Source: Candidatus Hydrogenedentota bacterium
GTDB lineage: Bacteria > Hydrogenedentota > Hydrogenedentia > Hydrogenedentales > SLHB01
Assembly (NCBI GenBank): GCA_963745075.1
Contig: CAVUWV010000024.1
Span: forward strand, 192,001-256,000
DNA: 64,000 bases
Direction: 5' to 3'
A program made the translations under genes and the position numbers. The notes below the pieces were generated by a model. That model was given only the letters and a program-made list of their open reading frames with translations, searched no databases and was not told where the DNA came from. Numbering within the stretch: position 1 is the first letter of the stretch; every line of letters starts with the position of its first letter. Shown in pieces: positions 21,038-31,542 of this stretch.

Positions 21038-21886
21038 TCAGTCAGGTAAGGATTCGCAGATTTCATCCAGCGATTGGAGTACGTTGTTTACGACGCGCTC
21101 GGTGAGTGCCGGCGTCACGTGAAGCCGTTTCACCGCGTTCGCCGAGAGTTCATAGTTCAACCCGTCGACTTCCGCCGTCGTGCCGCTTAATCGAGCCATA
21201 TGATCGGCCACGTGTACCAAGTCCACCACCATCTTATCGTCATCCGGCATTTCATCCGGAAGATGATGCCAGCGTACTACATTCACCACACTTGAAGGAA
21301 TCTCCCACGATTCCAGCAGCGTTGCACCGACTTCGGCGTGGTCCACGCCGAGAACTTGCTGCTCCGCTCGCTCAAACGATAGCCCTTCGTCGAAAGCCAG
21401 CGCCAGTATCGGTTTGGCGTCGATCTCGAGAAACGTGCCCATCACGATCTTACCCAGGTCGTGAAGCAAGCCCGCCGTATAAATGTAATCGTACCCCTCG
21501 ATTTTCAGTGTCTCCGCCAATTGTTCGGCGGCCATCGCTGTCGCCGCGCTGTGGCGGAGCAGCCCGCCCGTGGGCATCCCGTAACCGGTAACTGCCGGCG
21601 TTGCCAACGGTGCGACCGAGGTCGTCAACACCAATTCGGTGACCCGTTTGGTGCCGAGTCGCACCAGCGCGTCACGCACCGATGCGATAGGGCTGGCGCC
21701 CCGGAAGTACGCCGAGTTCGCCAGCCGCAGAATATTCGAGGCCAGGCTCGGGTTAAGTTCAACCTCGCGCTGCAGTTCCACCAGGGACGTGTTCGGGCTC
21801 TGCGCCATTTCCAACACGCGGTTCGTCGCGATCGGCAAAGAAGGGACCTTGCGCACGTTCTCCAGGATTTCGTCTCGCGTACTCAC
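21038..21886 (-). CDS. HDOD-domain protein
   Basis: LRLANSAYF, AGLLHDLGK, DHAEVGA.L..W motifs; GTG start overlapping the cheD stop. Confidence 0.9.
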   Translation of the reverse strand: MSTRDEILENVRKVPSLPIATNRVLEMAQSPNTSLVELQREVELNPSLASNILRLANSAYFRGASPIASVRDALVRLGTKRVTELVLTTSVAPLATPAVTGYGMPTGGLLRHSAATAMAAEQLAETLKIEGYDYIYTAGLLHDLGKIVMGTFLEIDAKPILALAFDEGLSFERAEQQVLGVDHAEVGATLLESWEIPSSVVNVVRWHHLPDEMPDDDKMVVDLVHVADHMARLSGTTAEVDGLNYELSANAVKRLHVTPALTERVVNNVLQSLDEICESLPD

Positions 21887-22359
21887 AGCTCCTCCTCGAC
21901 CCCGCCCGATCGAACCGTCGTTCGCCCGGTGTCCATATAGAGCGTCAGCGTCCGTGCCACCGTGCCGCCCACCGCTTCGCCGGCGATGAGAATGTCGTTC
22001 TTCCACATCACCTTGCGGAGAACGGTATAGTTGCGTTCTCCGATCTTGAAGACCCCGTTATCCGAGAGCGGGGCCGCGCCCCCTGCAACCTTTACGACCA
22101 GCCGCCGCCGGCTCGCGCCAAGGTCGAGCACGGCTTTCAAGAGGGCCGGCACACCGGTGTCCGCGAACATCCATGGGGTGCGTTTTGCCCGCTCCGGGTC
22201 CAACCGCGAAAGGGGAAGCATGCAGTGAATCAGCCCGCCCACACGAACCTCGGGATCGTAAACGGCCACGCCAATGCACGAGCCCAGGGAATAGGTCACG
22301 AGAATCTCATCCGCCTGCTGCGATATCAGCATTTCGGATATGCCGACGGTCTTCTTCAC
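21883..22359 (-). CDS. cheD: Chemoreceptor glutamine deamidase CheD
   Basis: TYSLGSCIGV, GGLIHCMLP, IGERN motifs. Confidence 0.9.
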   Translation of the reverse strand: MKKTVGISEMLISQQADEILVTYSLGSCIGVAVYDPEVRVGGLIHCMLPLSRLDPERAKRTPWMFADTGVPALLKAVLDLGASRRRLVVKVAGGAAPLSDNGVFKIGERNYTVLRKVMWKNDILIAGEAVGGTVARTLTLYMDTGRTTVRSGGVEEEL

Positions 22360-22415
22360 GCTGTATATGCCCCTCGTACGTCTACATCTGCAAGCAACAA
22401 TAACACAGTAACGGC

Positions 22416-23216
22416 CTATTTTATGTATACCGATGGCTGAACGGTCTTGAACTCGCTGACCAGTCCGGTCAGGCTCTCCGCGTGTCCCACCATCAAGTAC
22501 CCGCCCGGTTTCAGCAGCCGGTAGACCTCCGCCAGCAACCGGCTGCGCACATGGTTGTCGAAGTAAATCATCACGTTCCGGCAAAACACGACATCCAGTG
22601 GTCCGCGCATCGGAAAAGGAGGCGTCGCCAGATTGAGGCGACGGAAGAGCACGAGGTTCTTCAAACGGTCCTTTACCCGATACATGGTCTGCCCGTCTTC
22701 CTGGTAGCGGTCGAAATAGCGCTCGCGCAGCGGCGCCGGTACGCTTGCGACCTTCTGCGCGTCGTAGATGCCCTGCTGACATTTCGCCAGCACGCGGGTC
22801 GAAATGTCCGTCGCCAGAATCCTTACGTCGGCGCCCGTATCCCCCAATTGCTCCGCAACCGTGATCGCGATCGTATAGGGCTCTTCCCCCGTGGAACTCG
22901 CCGCACACCAGATGCGGAAACGGCGCTGGTTCGCGCCCCGCCACTTCGCGAGAACGGAACGCAACAATTCGAAGTGTTGCGCCTCGCGGTAGAAACTCGT
23001 GACATTGGTCGAGATGGCGTCGATAAGCTCGACCAATTCCTGCCCGCTCTTGTCACGCGTCACGTAGTCGAAATAGGTGTCGTAACCCTCAATCCGCAAG
23101 GCCCGCATGCGTTTCCCCACGCGAGCGGAAACCAGCGCCTCCTTTTGATCGCCCAAGGAGATGCCGCTCTTCTCGTAGACCAGTTCGCGAAACCGCTCGA
23201 AAGTGCGGCGATTCAT
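22416..23216 (-). CDS. cheR: Chemotaxis methyltransferase CheR
   Basis: TNVTSFYRE, SSTGEEPY, FCRNVMIYF, GHAES motifs. Confidence 0.95.
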   Translation of the reverse strand: MNRRTFERFRELVYEKSGISLGDQKEALVSARVGKRMRALRIEGYDTYFDYVTRDKSGQELVELIDAISTNVTSFYREAQHFELLRSVLAKWRGANQRRFRIWCAASSTGEEPYTIAITVAEQLGDTGADVRILATDISTRVLAKCQQGIYDAQKVASVPAPLRERYFDRYQEDGQTMYRVKDRLKNLVLFRRLNLATPPFPMRGPLDVVFCRNVMIYFDNHVRSRLLAEVYRLLKPGGYLMVGHAESLTGLVSEFKTVQPSVYIK

Positions 23217-23240
23217 CGCAGAGGCCGCACCATGGCGCGG

Positions 23241-23726
23241 TTACGCATACCAATCACCCTCGCGAATCCGATGCACCTTGAGCACGGCCAGTTCCCCGGT
23301 GCCTGTGTCGAATAGTATTTTGCGTCCAACCGATCCTCCGGTATCTTCAGAAATCACGCGAATCTGCTTTCTCGATAGCGCTTCCCGCGCTGCGTGAACG
23401 TTACGCGCTCCCAAGCTGGGCTCCGTTACGCCCTCCGGTGCGCCGCCCCCCAAGATCTGTGCCACGATGTTCTCTCGCTCGGAACCGGCCTCCTCCATGA
23501 TCCGGACCAAGGCCGCGACCGCTACGTTGCCGAATCGAGGGGTGGCGTTCTCCCGGTCCGATACCTGCGGCATGAGAAAGTGGTTCATCCCACCGTAGCG
23601 GCGCTGCTCGTCCCAAAGACAAACGGCAACGCAACTGCCTACGACCGTGCGAAGAACGGTCGCCTTGCGGCTGAAGTAAATATACCCTGGTTCCACGTAG
23701 TACGAGGACCCTCGACTCAAGGTCAT
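23241..23726 (-). CDS. cheD: Second CheD-family deamidase
   Basis: TVVGSCVAVCLWD, GGMNHFLMP, G.RN motifs. Confidence 0.85.
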   Translation of the reverse strand: MTLSRGSSYYVEPGYIYFSRKATVLRTVVGSCVAVCLWDEQRRYGGMNHFLMPQVSDRENATPRFGNVAVAALVRIMEEAGSERENIVAQILGGGAPEGVTEPSLGARNVHAAREALSRKQIRVISEDTGGSVGRKILFDTGTGELAVLKVHRIREGDWYA

Positions 23727-23770
23727 ACTGGCGTTCGCTCTGCAAATTCCAGCCTGGTTGCGGGGGGGGA

Positions 23771-24136
23771 TTATCCCGCCTTACCAAGCACCTCCTGGAT
23801 CTTCGCCACAATGGTTGCCGGCTCGAACGGCTTGATGATGTAGTTATTGGCGCCGGACTTGAGCGCCTCGATCACGCGGCTCTTCTCGGCTTCGGTAGTG
23901 ACCATGATGATTGGCATCGTCTTGCCGAGTTGCCGAATCGCTTTCACCGCATCGATGCCGAGCATATTGGGCATGTTCCAGTCCATCAATACCAAACCGT
24001 AGTCATTCGCTTGGACGGCATCCACCGCTTCTTTCCCGTCCGCGGCCTGATCGACTTCTTCGATGTTGGCGCGACCGAGCGCCCCAATCAGCACTTTCCG
24101 CATCACCGCGGAATCATCTACTACCAATGCCTTCAT
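23771..24136 (-). CDS. cheY: Chemotaxis response regulator CheY
   Basis: VVDDS, DWNMPNM.G, MVTTE, KPF motifs. Confidence 0.9.
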   Translation of the reverse strand: MKALVVDDSAVMRKVLIGALGRANIEEVDQAADGKEAVDAVQANDYGLVLMDWNMPNMLGIDAVKAIRQLGKTMPIIMVTTEAEKSRVIEALKSGANNYIIKPFEPATIVAKIQEVLGKAG

Positions 24137-24148
24137 GCTCCGTCCTCT

Positions 24149-24631
24149 CTATTTGGGGTTCTGCTCAAACGTCACGCGCAGGCTGAATTCGCCCAGCGAA
24201 CTGCTGAACGGCACCTCAAGCCAAACCGCCTGTGAAGGATAGTCGATACTGTAATTGTTCCCTCGCACCACGGTCGGCAGACTCAGATCCATCGGCTTCT
24301 CGTCGTCCTTCACGAGCTTCGCTTTCGCGCTGCCCGCGACGATGTTTACAAGCTCCGCAATACCGTCCGAGACGGTCTCGTCGATTATGGTCACGTGCGT
24401 TCCCAACAGTTTGCTAACCATGGCCAGCGCCGTCGCGGTCGGAAAAGACAGCGCCACGGTCCCGCGCGTCGGCCCGCTCATGCCGATCAGCGCCATGATA
24501 TCGCGCGGGTTGTTTCCGCCCGCGCAAACACCGATCTCGCCTCGGGACACCTCCCCCTCCAACATCGTCTGAAATAATTCGTAAACGGCCTCGATAAAGG
24601 GATTTATGTTCTCAACTTTCATAGATAGCAT
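24149..24631 (-). CDS. cheX: Chemotaxis phosphatase CheX
   Basis: INPFI start, DGIAELVNIVAGSAK, SLPTVVRG. Confidence 0.9.
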   Translation of the reverse strand: MLSMKVENINPFIEAVYELFQTMLEGEVSRGEIGVCAGGNNPRDIMALIGMSGPTRGTVALSFPTATALAMVSKLLGTHVTIIDETVSDGIAELVNIVAGSAKAKLVKDDEKPMDLSLPTVVRGNNYSIDYPSQAVWLEVPFSSSLGEFSLRVTFEQNPK

Positions 24632-24710
24632 GCTGGATTCTCACTCCAATTTCGTTGATCCCGTTCTCATGTTCCGGCCGCTCAGCGCATCGATTTGAGT
24701 GGTCCCGGTC

Positions 24711-26092
24711 CTAAATGTTTTCAAGGTGAACCCTGTCGCCGACTCGTCGCGCCCGAAGAGGGCCCGTCAGCGCTTCTCGAACGTGCAATCGCACTTGGTC
24801 GATACAAAACGTCGTTTCCGGATAGACCACCCCCCGAATCGTAATCGCCGGACGAGGACCGGACTTCCGGTTCTCCACTTCCTGCTCCAGCTCGGCGATT
24901 TCCTCCTTCATCGTTTGCTCCGTCTCGATCAGCTTGCTCACCGCATCCCGCTTTTCGGCCGGCATCTGGTCCAACTGTGGAGCAAGCGGGACGACGGCGT
25001 CATGGATGCGGGCCACGTCCCCCCGGAGTTTGGTGAGCTTCTGATCCTGCATGCGTCGTTCTTCCTCGTCTTTTTCAGTTATCCCCACAGACAACACCGT
25101 GGGAACGAGCGCCGAACTGCCTGCGTCCCGCGCCTCGATAGCCTGCCGGCCATAGACCCGCCCACCGACAATTCTACCTTCGGGCGCCAACACACGTCCC
25201 CCCGCAGTCACGATCGAGTGAACGATTTCGCGATCCACCCACACATCCAATCCCGCCACGACCCCGGCATCGATAATAAACTTCGACCGCAGGGACCCCG
25301 CGGCCTTCACGGGTTTCTCCCGCATGCCGGTAAGCCCGGATGCAATCTCCAAGTCCCCGCCGGCTTCCACATCAGCCGTCTCGATATATCCACTTACCTT
25401 CACATGGCCCAGGCAGCGGACCCGAGAATCCGCCTCGATGTTTCCTTGAACTTCGAGTGCGCCCGGGTGGTCGATGTTCCCGGTTGCCAGCCCCACGTCG
25501 CCCGTGACCGTGTATACCTCATCCACGGACAGCACGTTGCCGATAAACCGGACGCGTCCGTCCCGATCCGCCTCATACGTATGGGTCGCTTCCTCAAAGC
25601 GGACGTTCTTGCCCGTCCGAATGCGCACGTGCCGCGGCCGGGGGGAGCCAACCGCTTGCCACGAACATCGATCCCGTCTTCCCCCGGAATCGCCGGCGTC
25701 ACCGTAAGCAGACGTTGCCCCGCCGCCACGGACGGATTGGACTTGTATTGCCGATAGTCGACCGCCCCGGTTGCCTCGTTTTGCACGAATTCGTGGCTGA
25801 AGAAATCGCCTCCCCAGTCGAGCACCGGTTCCGTCGGCGGTGTCGGCGCCTCGCCCTGCGCAATGAGCAGTTCCACCGGATTCGTACCTGCGTTCAGGCA
25901 ACGCGCATACGCATCGACCAGTTCCTCTCGCGACGCAAGTTCCGTGATACCTGCACCGCGCGCGGCCTCCACCACGGCATCTGCGAACTCTTCAGGCACA
26001 AAGGTAGCGGCATCGCACTGGGCGACCGCAGACAACCGATCCGGACTCACGACTATCTCCAGGGCCTTGTCATCCGGCATACATGAGACCAC
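24711..26092 (-). CDS. FapA/DUF342 family protein (frameshift near 25620-25680)
   Basis: G.VDYR, G.DG.DV.G in one frame; GDV.LATGNID..G and C-terminal coiled coil in the next. Confidence 0.8.
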
Positions 26093-26185
26093 GCTCGATC
26101 GCTTCTCGCACGCGCGAAACTCCTCTCCGTCTTCCGCGTCCCGTCAACGTCTTGCGATAAAGGTCTACTTAAGCGAACAATCGGA

Positions 26186-26722
26186 TCAAGCCGATTCGGC
26201 GACTTGGGACATCGCGTCCAGCTCGTTCCAGGACAGTACCTTATCCGTGTCCAAAAGTATTACCACTTTCGACCCCACTTTTCCCATCGACGAGATAAAC
26301 TCGGTCTGCGATGTCGACCCCAGTGTTGGCGGCGGTTCAATCTGCTCGCTGCGAATGTCCACCACCTCCGCAACCTCGTCCACAATGACGCCCATGGTCA
26401 CCTGCTGGTGGTCCCGGGATACCTGCACAACAATAATGCACGTGAGGTTGGTGTCTTCTTGCGACTCCATGCCAAACTTGGCGCGAAGATCCACCACCGG
26501 AATCACCTTGCCGCGCAGATTAATCACGCCACGGAGAAACCCCGGCGTTCGCGGCACTTTGGTCACCGTCGTCATTCCGATGATCTCCTGGACTTTCAAA
26601 ATCTCCAGGCCGTAAACCTCCTTACCCAGGATAAAGGTCAAATATTGACCCGCACCGCCGACCGCATCCAGTTGCATCGCGGCCGTTCCGTGTCCTTCGC
26701 TGCTTTCCAGTGTGTTTGACAT
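26186..26722 (-). CDS. cheW: Chemotaxis coupling protein CheW
   Basis: YLTF.LG.E.YG, GVINLRGKVIPVVDLR. Confidence 0.95.
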   Translation of the reverse strand: MSNTLESSEGHGTAAMQLDAVGGAGQYLTFILGKEVYGLEILKVQEIIGMTTVTKVPRTPGFLRGVINLRGKVIPVVDLRAKFGMESQEDTNLTCIIVVQVSRDHQQVTMGVIVDEVAEVVDIRSEQIEPPPTLGSTSQTEFISSMGKVGSKVVILLDTDKVLSWNELDAMSQVAESA

Positions 26723-26802
26723 GATCTATCTCCTCAACCAATGCGACTTTATTCCGAACCTCAGTATGCTGCGTCGTGTTTTCATCCAATTTGTCCGGCC
26801 GG

Positions 26803-29253
26803 TCACGCGGTTGGCGCCAATTGTTCGGCGGGGATCTCGATTGGATCCTCCTCCGTTCCGTCATGCTTGGACGCAAGCGAGACGATGCCTCCCACATCCA
26901 GGATCAGGCCAACCGTACCGTCCGACATAATCGCGCCGCCGGCAACACCATCCAAATCCTGCATGGCCTGACCCAACGACTTGATTACAATTTGCTGTTG
27001 TCCCACGAGTTCGTCGATCAGCAATCCGACCTTGCGCCCTTCGTTTTCAACGATCATCACCAGCGCGTTCGAGGGTTCCCGCTTGGCTTCCCTGATCCCG
27101 AAGAGCCGGTAAAGTCGGAACAGGGGAATCAATTCCCCCTGCAAACTAAGCACTTCACCCCGGCCCACCACCGTGGAAACCTGGCCGGGTTCGGGTTGGA
27201 TGGAGCGTACCACGGAGAGGGTGGGTACGATATACCGTTCCTCTCCAACCTGTATCACCATGCCTTCGATGATCGCCAATGTCAGGGGAAGACGAATGCT
27301 GAACACGCTTCCCTTGCCCGTTTCGCTTTGGATCTCGACCTGTCCACGAAGGGCGTCGATGTTTCGACGCACCACGTCCATGCCGACCCCGCGGCCCGAA
27401 ACGTCCGTGATCGCTTTCGCCGTCGAGAACCCCGGCTCGAAAATGAGGTTCCACACCTCGCGATCCGTCAACGACTCCGAATCGCGAACCAGTCCGCGCT
27501 CCCGGGCCTTCGCGAGGATCGCCTCCCGGTCCAACCCTCGTCCATCATCTTCGATTTCAATGTAGATGCTGCCGCCCTTATGAAACGCTCGCAGGGTGAC
27601 CCGCCCGGCTTCGGGCTTTCCGCCTTGCCGGCGTTCTTCCCCCGAGGTCTCAAGTCCGTGGTCGCACGAATTGCGAATCATGTGGACCAGCGGATCGCCG
27701 ATCTTGTCGACGACCGTCTTGTCCAACTCCGTATCTTCCCCCTCCATGACAAAATCGATCTTCTTCCCGGATTTCTTTGCCAAGTCGCGGACCAAACGGG
27801 CCATCTTCTGGAACGTTGCCCGCAAAGGCACCATCCGCAACGACGTACCCATCTCCTGGAGTTCCCGCGTGATCTTGTCCAACTGCCCGAGTTGCCTCGT
27901 CAGTTGTGCGTTGCCGACGTGACTCACCTCGACCGATTGACACACCATCGATTCTGCGATGACCAGTTCGCCAATCAAATCGATAAGCCGGTCCAACCGA
28001 TCGGCATCGACTTTCACGGCTTCCTTGACTTCCACCGGGCCGTGGCGCTGTTTCTGCGCGCGCAGCGCAAGCGCTACGTCTTTGGCCCCCACCTCACCCG
28101 ACTTCACCAAAACCTCACCGATTCGCGGCGACGCCGGCGAAGCGCTCTGTTTCTGAAGGGCCCGCGCGATGTCCTCAATCCGAGCCGCCCCCATATCGAC
28201 CAGAATTTCCCCCAGCAATCGGGGAAACTCCTCCTGCTCCTGGTGGGCCAATGCCTGATCCAACTGGCTGCGACTGATGACAACATCGCGAATAAGCAGT
28301 TCACCCAACAGGCGGCTTTCTTCAAGGACCCGCTGACGGTCGGCGGCGGCGTTCACCGCGGGCGCGTCCGCGAGACCGGCTTCTACCAGGATTTCCCCGA
28401 CGCGGCCTCCCGTTGTGTTCTCCAGTTCCCTCGGAGGCGCCGGCGCTAGGCCGGATGTTGCCGCCACCAGACGTTCCACCAACGCCGGCAGTTCCGGCAC
28501 TTCGGGCAAGTCCTCGCCCGACCCGAGCGAATTCGCCACGTCTTGGACGAGTTGCTTCATGAGATCGACCGACTCGAAGGTAATGTCGATATTGCCGCCG
28601 ACCAGATCCAATTCTTCCTTGCGCGCCTTGTCGAGAAGACTCTCCGCCTGGTGCGCCAATGTCTGCACGTCTGCCAGGCCCAAAAAACCTGCCACACCCT
28701 TGATGGTGTGAAACGCGCGGAACACTGCGTTTAACGCGTCGGCGTCTTTGGGGTTGGATTCGATGGTGAGTAGATGAACGTCGGCATTATCCAGATGCTC
28801 TTGCGCCTCTGAAATGAATTCCGCAAGAAGGTCCGGGTCGCCCTCCAACGCGCGTGATATCGATTCCACGGTGCCGGCCGACTGGGATACCGTAGCACTC
28901 GACTGGTCACCCGTCGCAGTTTGGAGAGATGCCATCGCTGCATCGCCGGGAAAGTCGACTTCATCTTCCGACCGGCCGTCGCGCGCAATGCCTTGCACTG
29001 CTTCTACCACGCGACCCACTGTTTGCATCGCCTTGTCCGGCCCGGCAACTTCGCCGAGGATAATCTGCTCGATCAGATTTGCGGCGGCGTCCACCTCCTG
29101 CGAAGCCCTTGCCATCCCCTGCGACTTCGCCCATTCGCTCACCTGCCCAAGGTAGGTATGCAGTGCTGCGAACGTTTGAAGGTCCGCGGCATCCGCCAGC
29201 ACAATCCCTTCGGACAAAGCATTCAGTGTAGATAGAATGTCCTGGTCGCCCAT
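26803..29253 (-). CDS. cheA: Chemotaxis histidine kinase CheA with four MshEN-like repeats
   Basis: Hpt FRAFHTIKG; HMIRNSCDHG, DDGRG, SGRGVGMDVV; C-terminal CheW domain; GGAGG RBS at ATG 29253. Confidence 0.95.
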   Translation of the reverse strand: MGDQDILSTLNALSEGIVLADAADLQTFAALHTYLGQVSEWAKSQGMARASQEVDAAANLIEQIILGEVAGPDKAMQTVGRVVEAVQGIARDGRSEDEVDFPGDAAMASLQTATGDQSSATVSQSAGTVESISRALEGDPDLLAEFISEAQEHLDNADVHLLTIESNPKDADALNAVFRAFHTIKGVAGFLGLADVQTLAHQAESLLDKARKEELDLVGGNIDITFESVDLMKQLVQDVANSLGSGEDLPEVPELPALVERLVAATSGLAPAPPRELENTTGGRVGEILVEAGLADAPAVNAAADRQRVLEESRLLGELLIRDVVISRSQLDQALAHQEQEEFPRLLGEILVDMGAARIEDIARALQKQSASPASPRIGEVLVKSGEVGAKDVALALRAQKQRHGPVEVKEAVKVDADRLDRLIDLIGELVIAESMVCQSVEVSHVGNAQLTRQLGQLDKITRELQEMGTSLRMVPLRATFQKMARLVRDLAKKSGKKIDFVMEGEDTELDKTVVDKIGDPLVHMIRNSCDHGLETSGEERRQGGKPEAGRVTLRAFHKGGSIYIEIEDDGRGLDREAILAKARERGLVRDSESLTDREVWNLIFEPGFSTAKAITDVSGRGVGMDVVRRNIDALRGQVEIQSETGKGSVFSIRLPLTLAIIEGMVIQVGEERYIVPTLSVVRSIQPEPGQVSTVVGRGEVLSLQGELIPLFRLYRLFGIREAKREPSNALVMIVENEGRKVGLLIDELVGQQQIVIKSLGQAMQDLDGVAGGAIMSDGTVGLILDVGGIVSLASKHDGTEEDPIEIPAEQLAPTA

Positions 29254-29331
29254 TCCTCCCCCCCAGTATGGCTGCGTTTCTCGCTGTACTATGTCGTACC
29301 CGCCGCCGAGACGGTATGTCCCGCCCGTCAC

Positions 29332-29371
29332 GAAATCGCTTTTGGCAACCGGTCTACAAAAAAGCGATTTC
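29332..29371. repeat. Perfect 12-bp inverted repeat in the cheA leader
   Basis: GAAATCGCTTTT (29332-29343) and AAAAGCGATTTC (29360-29371). Confidence 0.7.
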
Positions 29372-29551
29372 TGCGAATCTCGCTTCTGCCTGCTCAAAAG
29401 GTTACCACTTATTCTCCTGCAAGTCAACGGTGGACCGCGTAAATCGAGTAAAACCAGATGGAATGCCGGGGAATGCGGTACTTATCGTAAATATTGAAAT
29501 TAGCACATTTGCGGATGCCGACGACTCAGGGGAAATTCCTATATCTGCTGC

Positions 29552-29566
29552 GCAAATCGCGTGCCA
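29552..29566 (-). promoter_or_regulatory. sigma54 (-24/-12) promoter upstream of the che operon
   Basis: Minus strand TGGCACGCGATTTGC, exact TGGCAC-N5-TTGC consensus. Confidence 0.7.
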
Positions 29567-29671
29567 CTCAAATTGCGTGTACGGGCGAACGCGGAGAAGC
29601 GCAACCTGCGCGCGCCGGGAACCCACGCGATCGATGGAAAGGGGAGTCGTGGCCCAACGATGGACCTGGGA

Positions 29672-30220
29672 CTAATCGAGAGCGAACACCACCGCCGTGA
29701 GGACGGTGGTCCAAAGCCCGTTCTTGTTACCTTCGGCCGACTGACAGATGTTTCGCGTCTTGAAAATATGTCCGCTGGCTTTGTAAATCTGCTTGCGTTC
29801 GTCCCACGCCTTATCCGGATCGAACTCGATATCAAGGGTGGTCGCCAGCATGGTGGCCGCAAGATCCTCCGCGTATTCACCTGCAATGGCGCTTTTTTGG
29901 CCGTAAGCGTGGTGTTCGGAAATATAACCGTACTGCTGCTCTTTCTTTTGCGGCACAGCGAGGCCGACGGATGCGGCGATGAGGCGGTTGGGTTCGCACG
30001 TGTCCGCGCGGGACATCACGCAGAATACAATCTGGCCCGGTTCCAGAAACTTCAAACCCGCGTTGCGCGAGATAATCTTGCATTTGGGCGGGAAAATACT
30101 CGACACGTAGACGAGATTGAACTTCTCGATACCGGCATCCCGCAACGCACTCTCGAACGATGCAAGCCGCTCTTTGTGAACGCCGACGCCACGAACGAAA
30201 AACGCGCGCTTGGGCACCAT
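29672..30220 (-). CDS. pdaD: Pyruvoyl-dependent arginine decarboxylase
   Basis: [25 protein letters not shown] (SS autocleavage site), YGYISEHH; start may be up to 15 codons earlier. Confidence 0.9.
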   Translation of the reverse strand: MVPKRAFFVRGVGVHKERLASFESALRDAGIEKFNLVYVSSIFPPKCKIISRNAGLKFLEPGQIVFCVMSRADTCEPNRLIAASVGLAVPQKKEQQYGYISEHHAYGQKSAIAGEYAEDLAATMLATTLDIEFDPDKAWDERKQIYKASGHIFKTRNICQSAEGNKNGLWTTVLTAVVFALD

Positions 30221-30413
30221 ATCGCCAGGTATTTGCTGATGCATCTTCTTCAGGGACCCCTCCATGATTCTTCGATAGGATTGAAAAAGCGAGACAACTT
30301 CAGTGTCTACGGTTCCGCACATTACCCACCGGAACCGCGAACGCTAGTATAGTCCGCGAGGTCAGGTCGATCAACCAAAATGGCACGGTGAATTTGCCAT
30401 TTCTGGGCGGCTG

Positions 30414-31268
30414 TCAATAGGCGATCACCTGGACCTCGCTATTGATCGTCTCGGCGCTTGTTTCACCGCTGAGCAGCGACTTCTTGAATCCCAGGAAGAG
30501 CCGGTCGCGGCCGGTAACGCGACCGCCAAACCAGGAGAATGATCGCGCGACGCCATTATCCGTCTCGGTATTCAGACCGGAGGCCTTCGGCGCTTCAACG
30601 ATCACGATCACCCGTTCCGCATCGGGAATACCGGTCAAGCGATGGCCGTATCGGGCGACCGTTGACACGACCGTTTCACGAAGCGTCTTGACCCGTTCCT
30701 TGTTGTACGTGAGCGGACCGCCACCTATTCCGGGAATTAGATCGAAGAACGCATCGGCGACCTCACGGTCCACCATCGGCGACTTCTCTTCGAGCCCCGA
30801 TGCCTCCGGACCTGGGACGAAGAGTTCGTCGGTTCGCACGCGGTCCTCCAGCCCATCGAGGCGTTTCGGTTGTGGTTCGGCGCCATGGGAGGGGGACGCG
30901 GCCCCCTTCCGTGGCTTCTTTTGAAACTTCTCCCACAGGTCCGGCTCCTCTACGCTCGGAGCCGTTGGAGCGGGCTGGTTCGGCGGCTCCGTGATTAGGA
31001 AAGCCACCGGAACCGTAAAGATCGCGCCAACCGTCGGAATGTACTGTCCCTCAACCGTGGATCCGAAGGCACGAATTTGCCCCGCCAATCCTTTCCATCC
31101 TTCCAGGTCCGCCTCGTCCAGGCTGCGCTCGATGACTTTGGCCATGATCCCTACCTGGCTGTCCATTTCTTCCGATTGCTGGCCGTGCTCAGGTTCCCCA
31201 CTGGCGATGAACGGCAGCAGAAATACCGCGAGCCCAACCATGACGCTTCGCAATAGTGTCTGGCTCAT
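30414..31268 (-). CDS. Hypothetical exported protein
   Basis: Signal peptide, GGAGG RBS, 284-aa ORF. Confidence 0.65.
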   Translation of the reverse strand: MSQTLLRSVMVGLAVFLLPFIASGEPEHGQQSEEMDSQVGIMAKVIERSLDEADLEGWKGLAGQIRAFGSTVEGQYIPTVGAIFTVPVAFLITEPPNQPAPTAPSVEEPDLWEKFQKKPRKGAASPSHGAEPQPKRLDGLEDRVRTDELFVPGPEASGLEEKSPMVDREVADAFFDLIPGIGGGPLTYNKERVKTLRETVVSTVARYGHRLTGIPDAERVIVIVEAPKASGLNTETDNGVARSFSWFGGRVTGRDRLFLGFKKSLLSGETSAETINSEVQVIAY

Positions 31269-31542
31269 GTTTCCAACCTCCTGGTTGCTTCGATCGGCCC
31301 GTCGATGTCATTGCAGAGACGGGGGACCGGTTGACGATGCACGCTCGTTCCAGCTATCTCACTCGCACGTCATGCCACACGCATTTGTTGGCGCTGCGCA
31401 CAGTGCCTAACAACCATCTAACCACAAACTCATTCGATTTGCACGCAATCGATCTCGTTTAACCTGCGTTTGTTTTCCAATGGCTGCGTTTCCGGAAAAC
31501 GCTGGGAGGGGACGGTGCGTTCCAAAGGAGTAAAGGGGAATC

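Noticed and set aside
26776..28449. Long antisense ORFs (also 9520-10851, 14647-16095, 5714-6874, 56801-57994, 61990-63120)
   Set aside because: Each mirrors a well-supported gene on the other strand, as expected in GC-rich DNA, and has no recognisable motifs.
30380..30400. sigma54-like TGGCACGGTGAATTTGC
   Set aside because: GG-to-GC spacing is 12 rather than 10 nt and it faces no plus-strand gene start; more likely a small hairpin.
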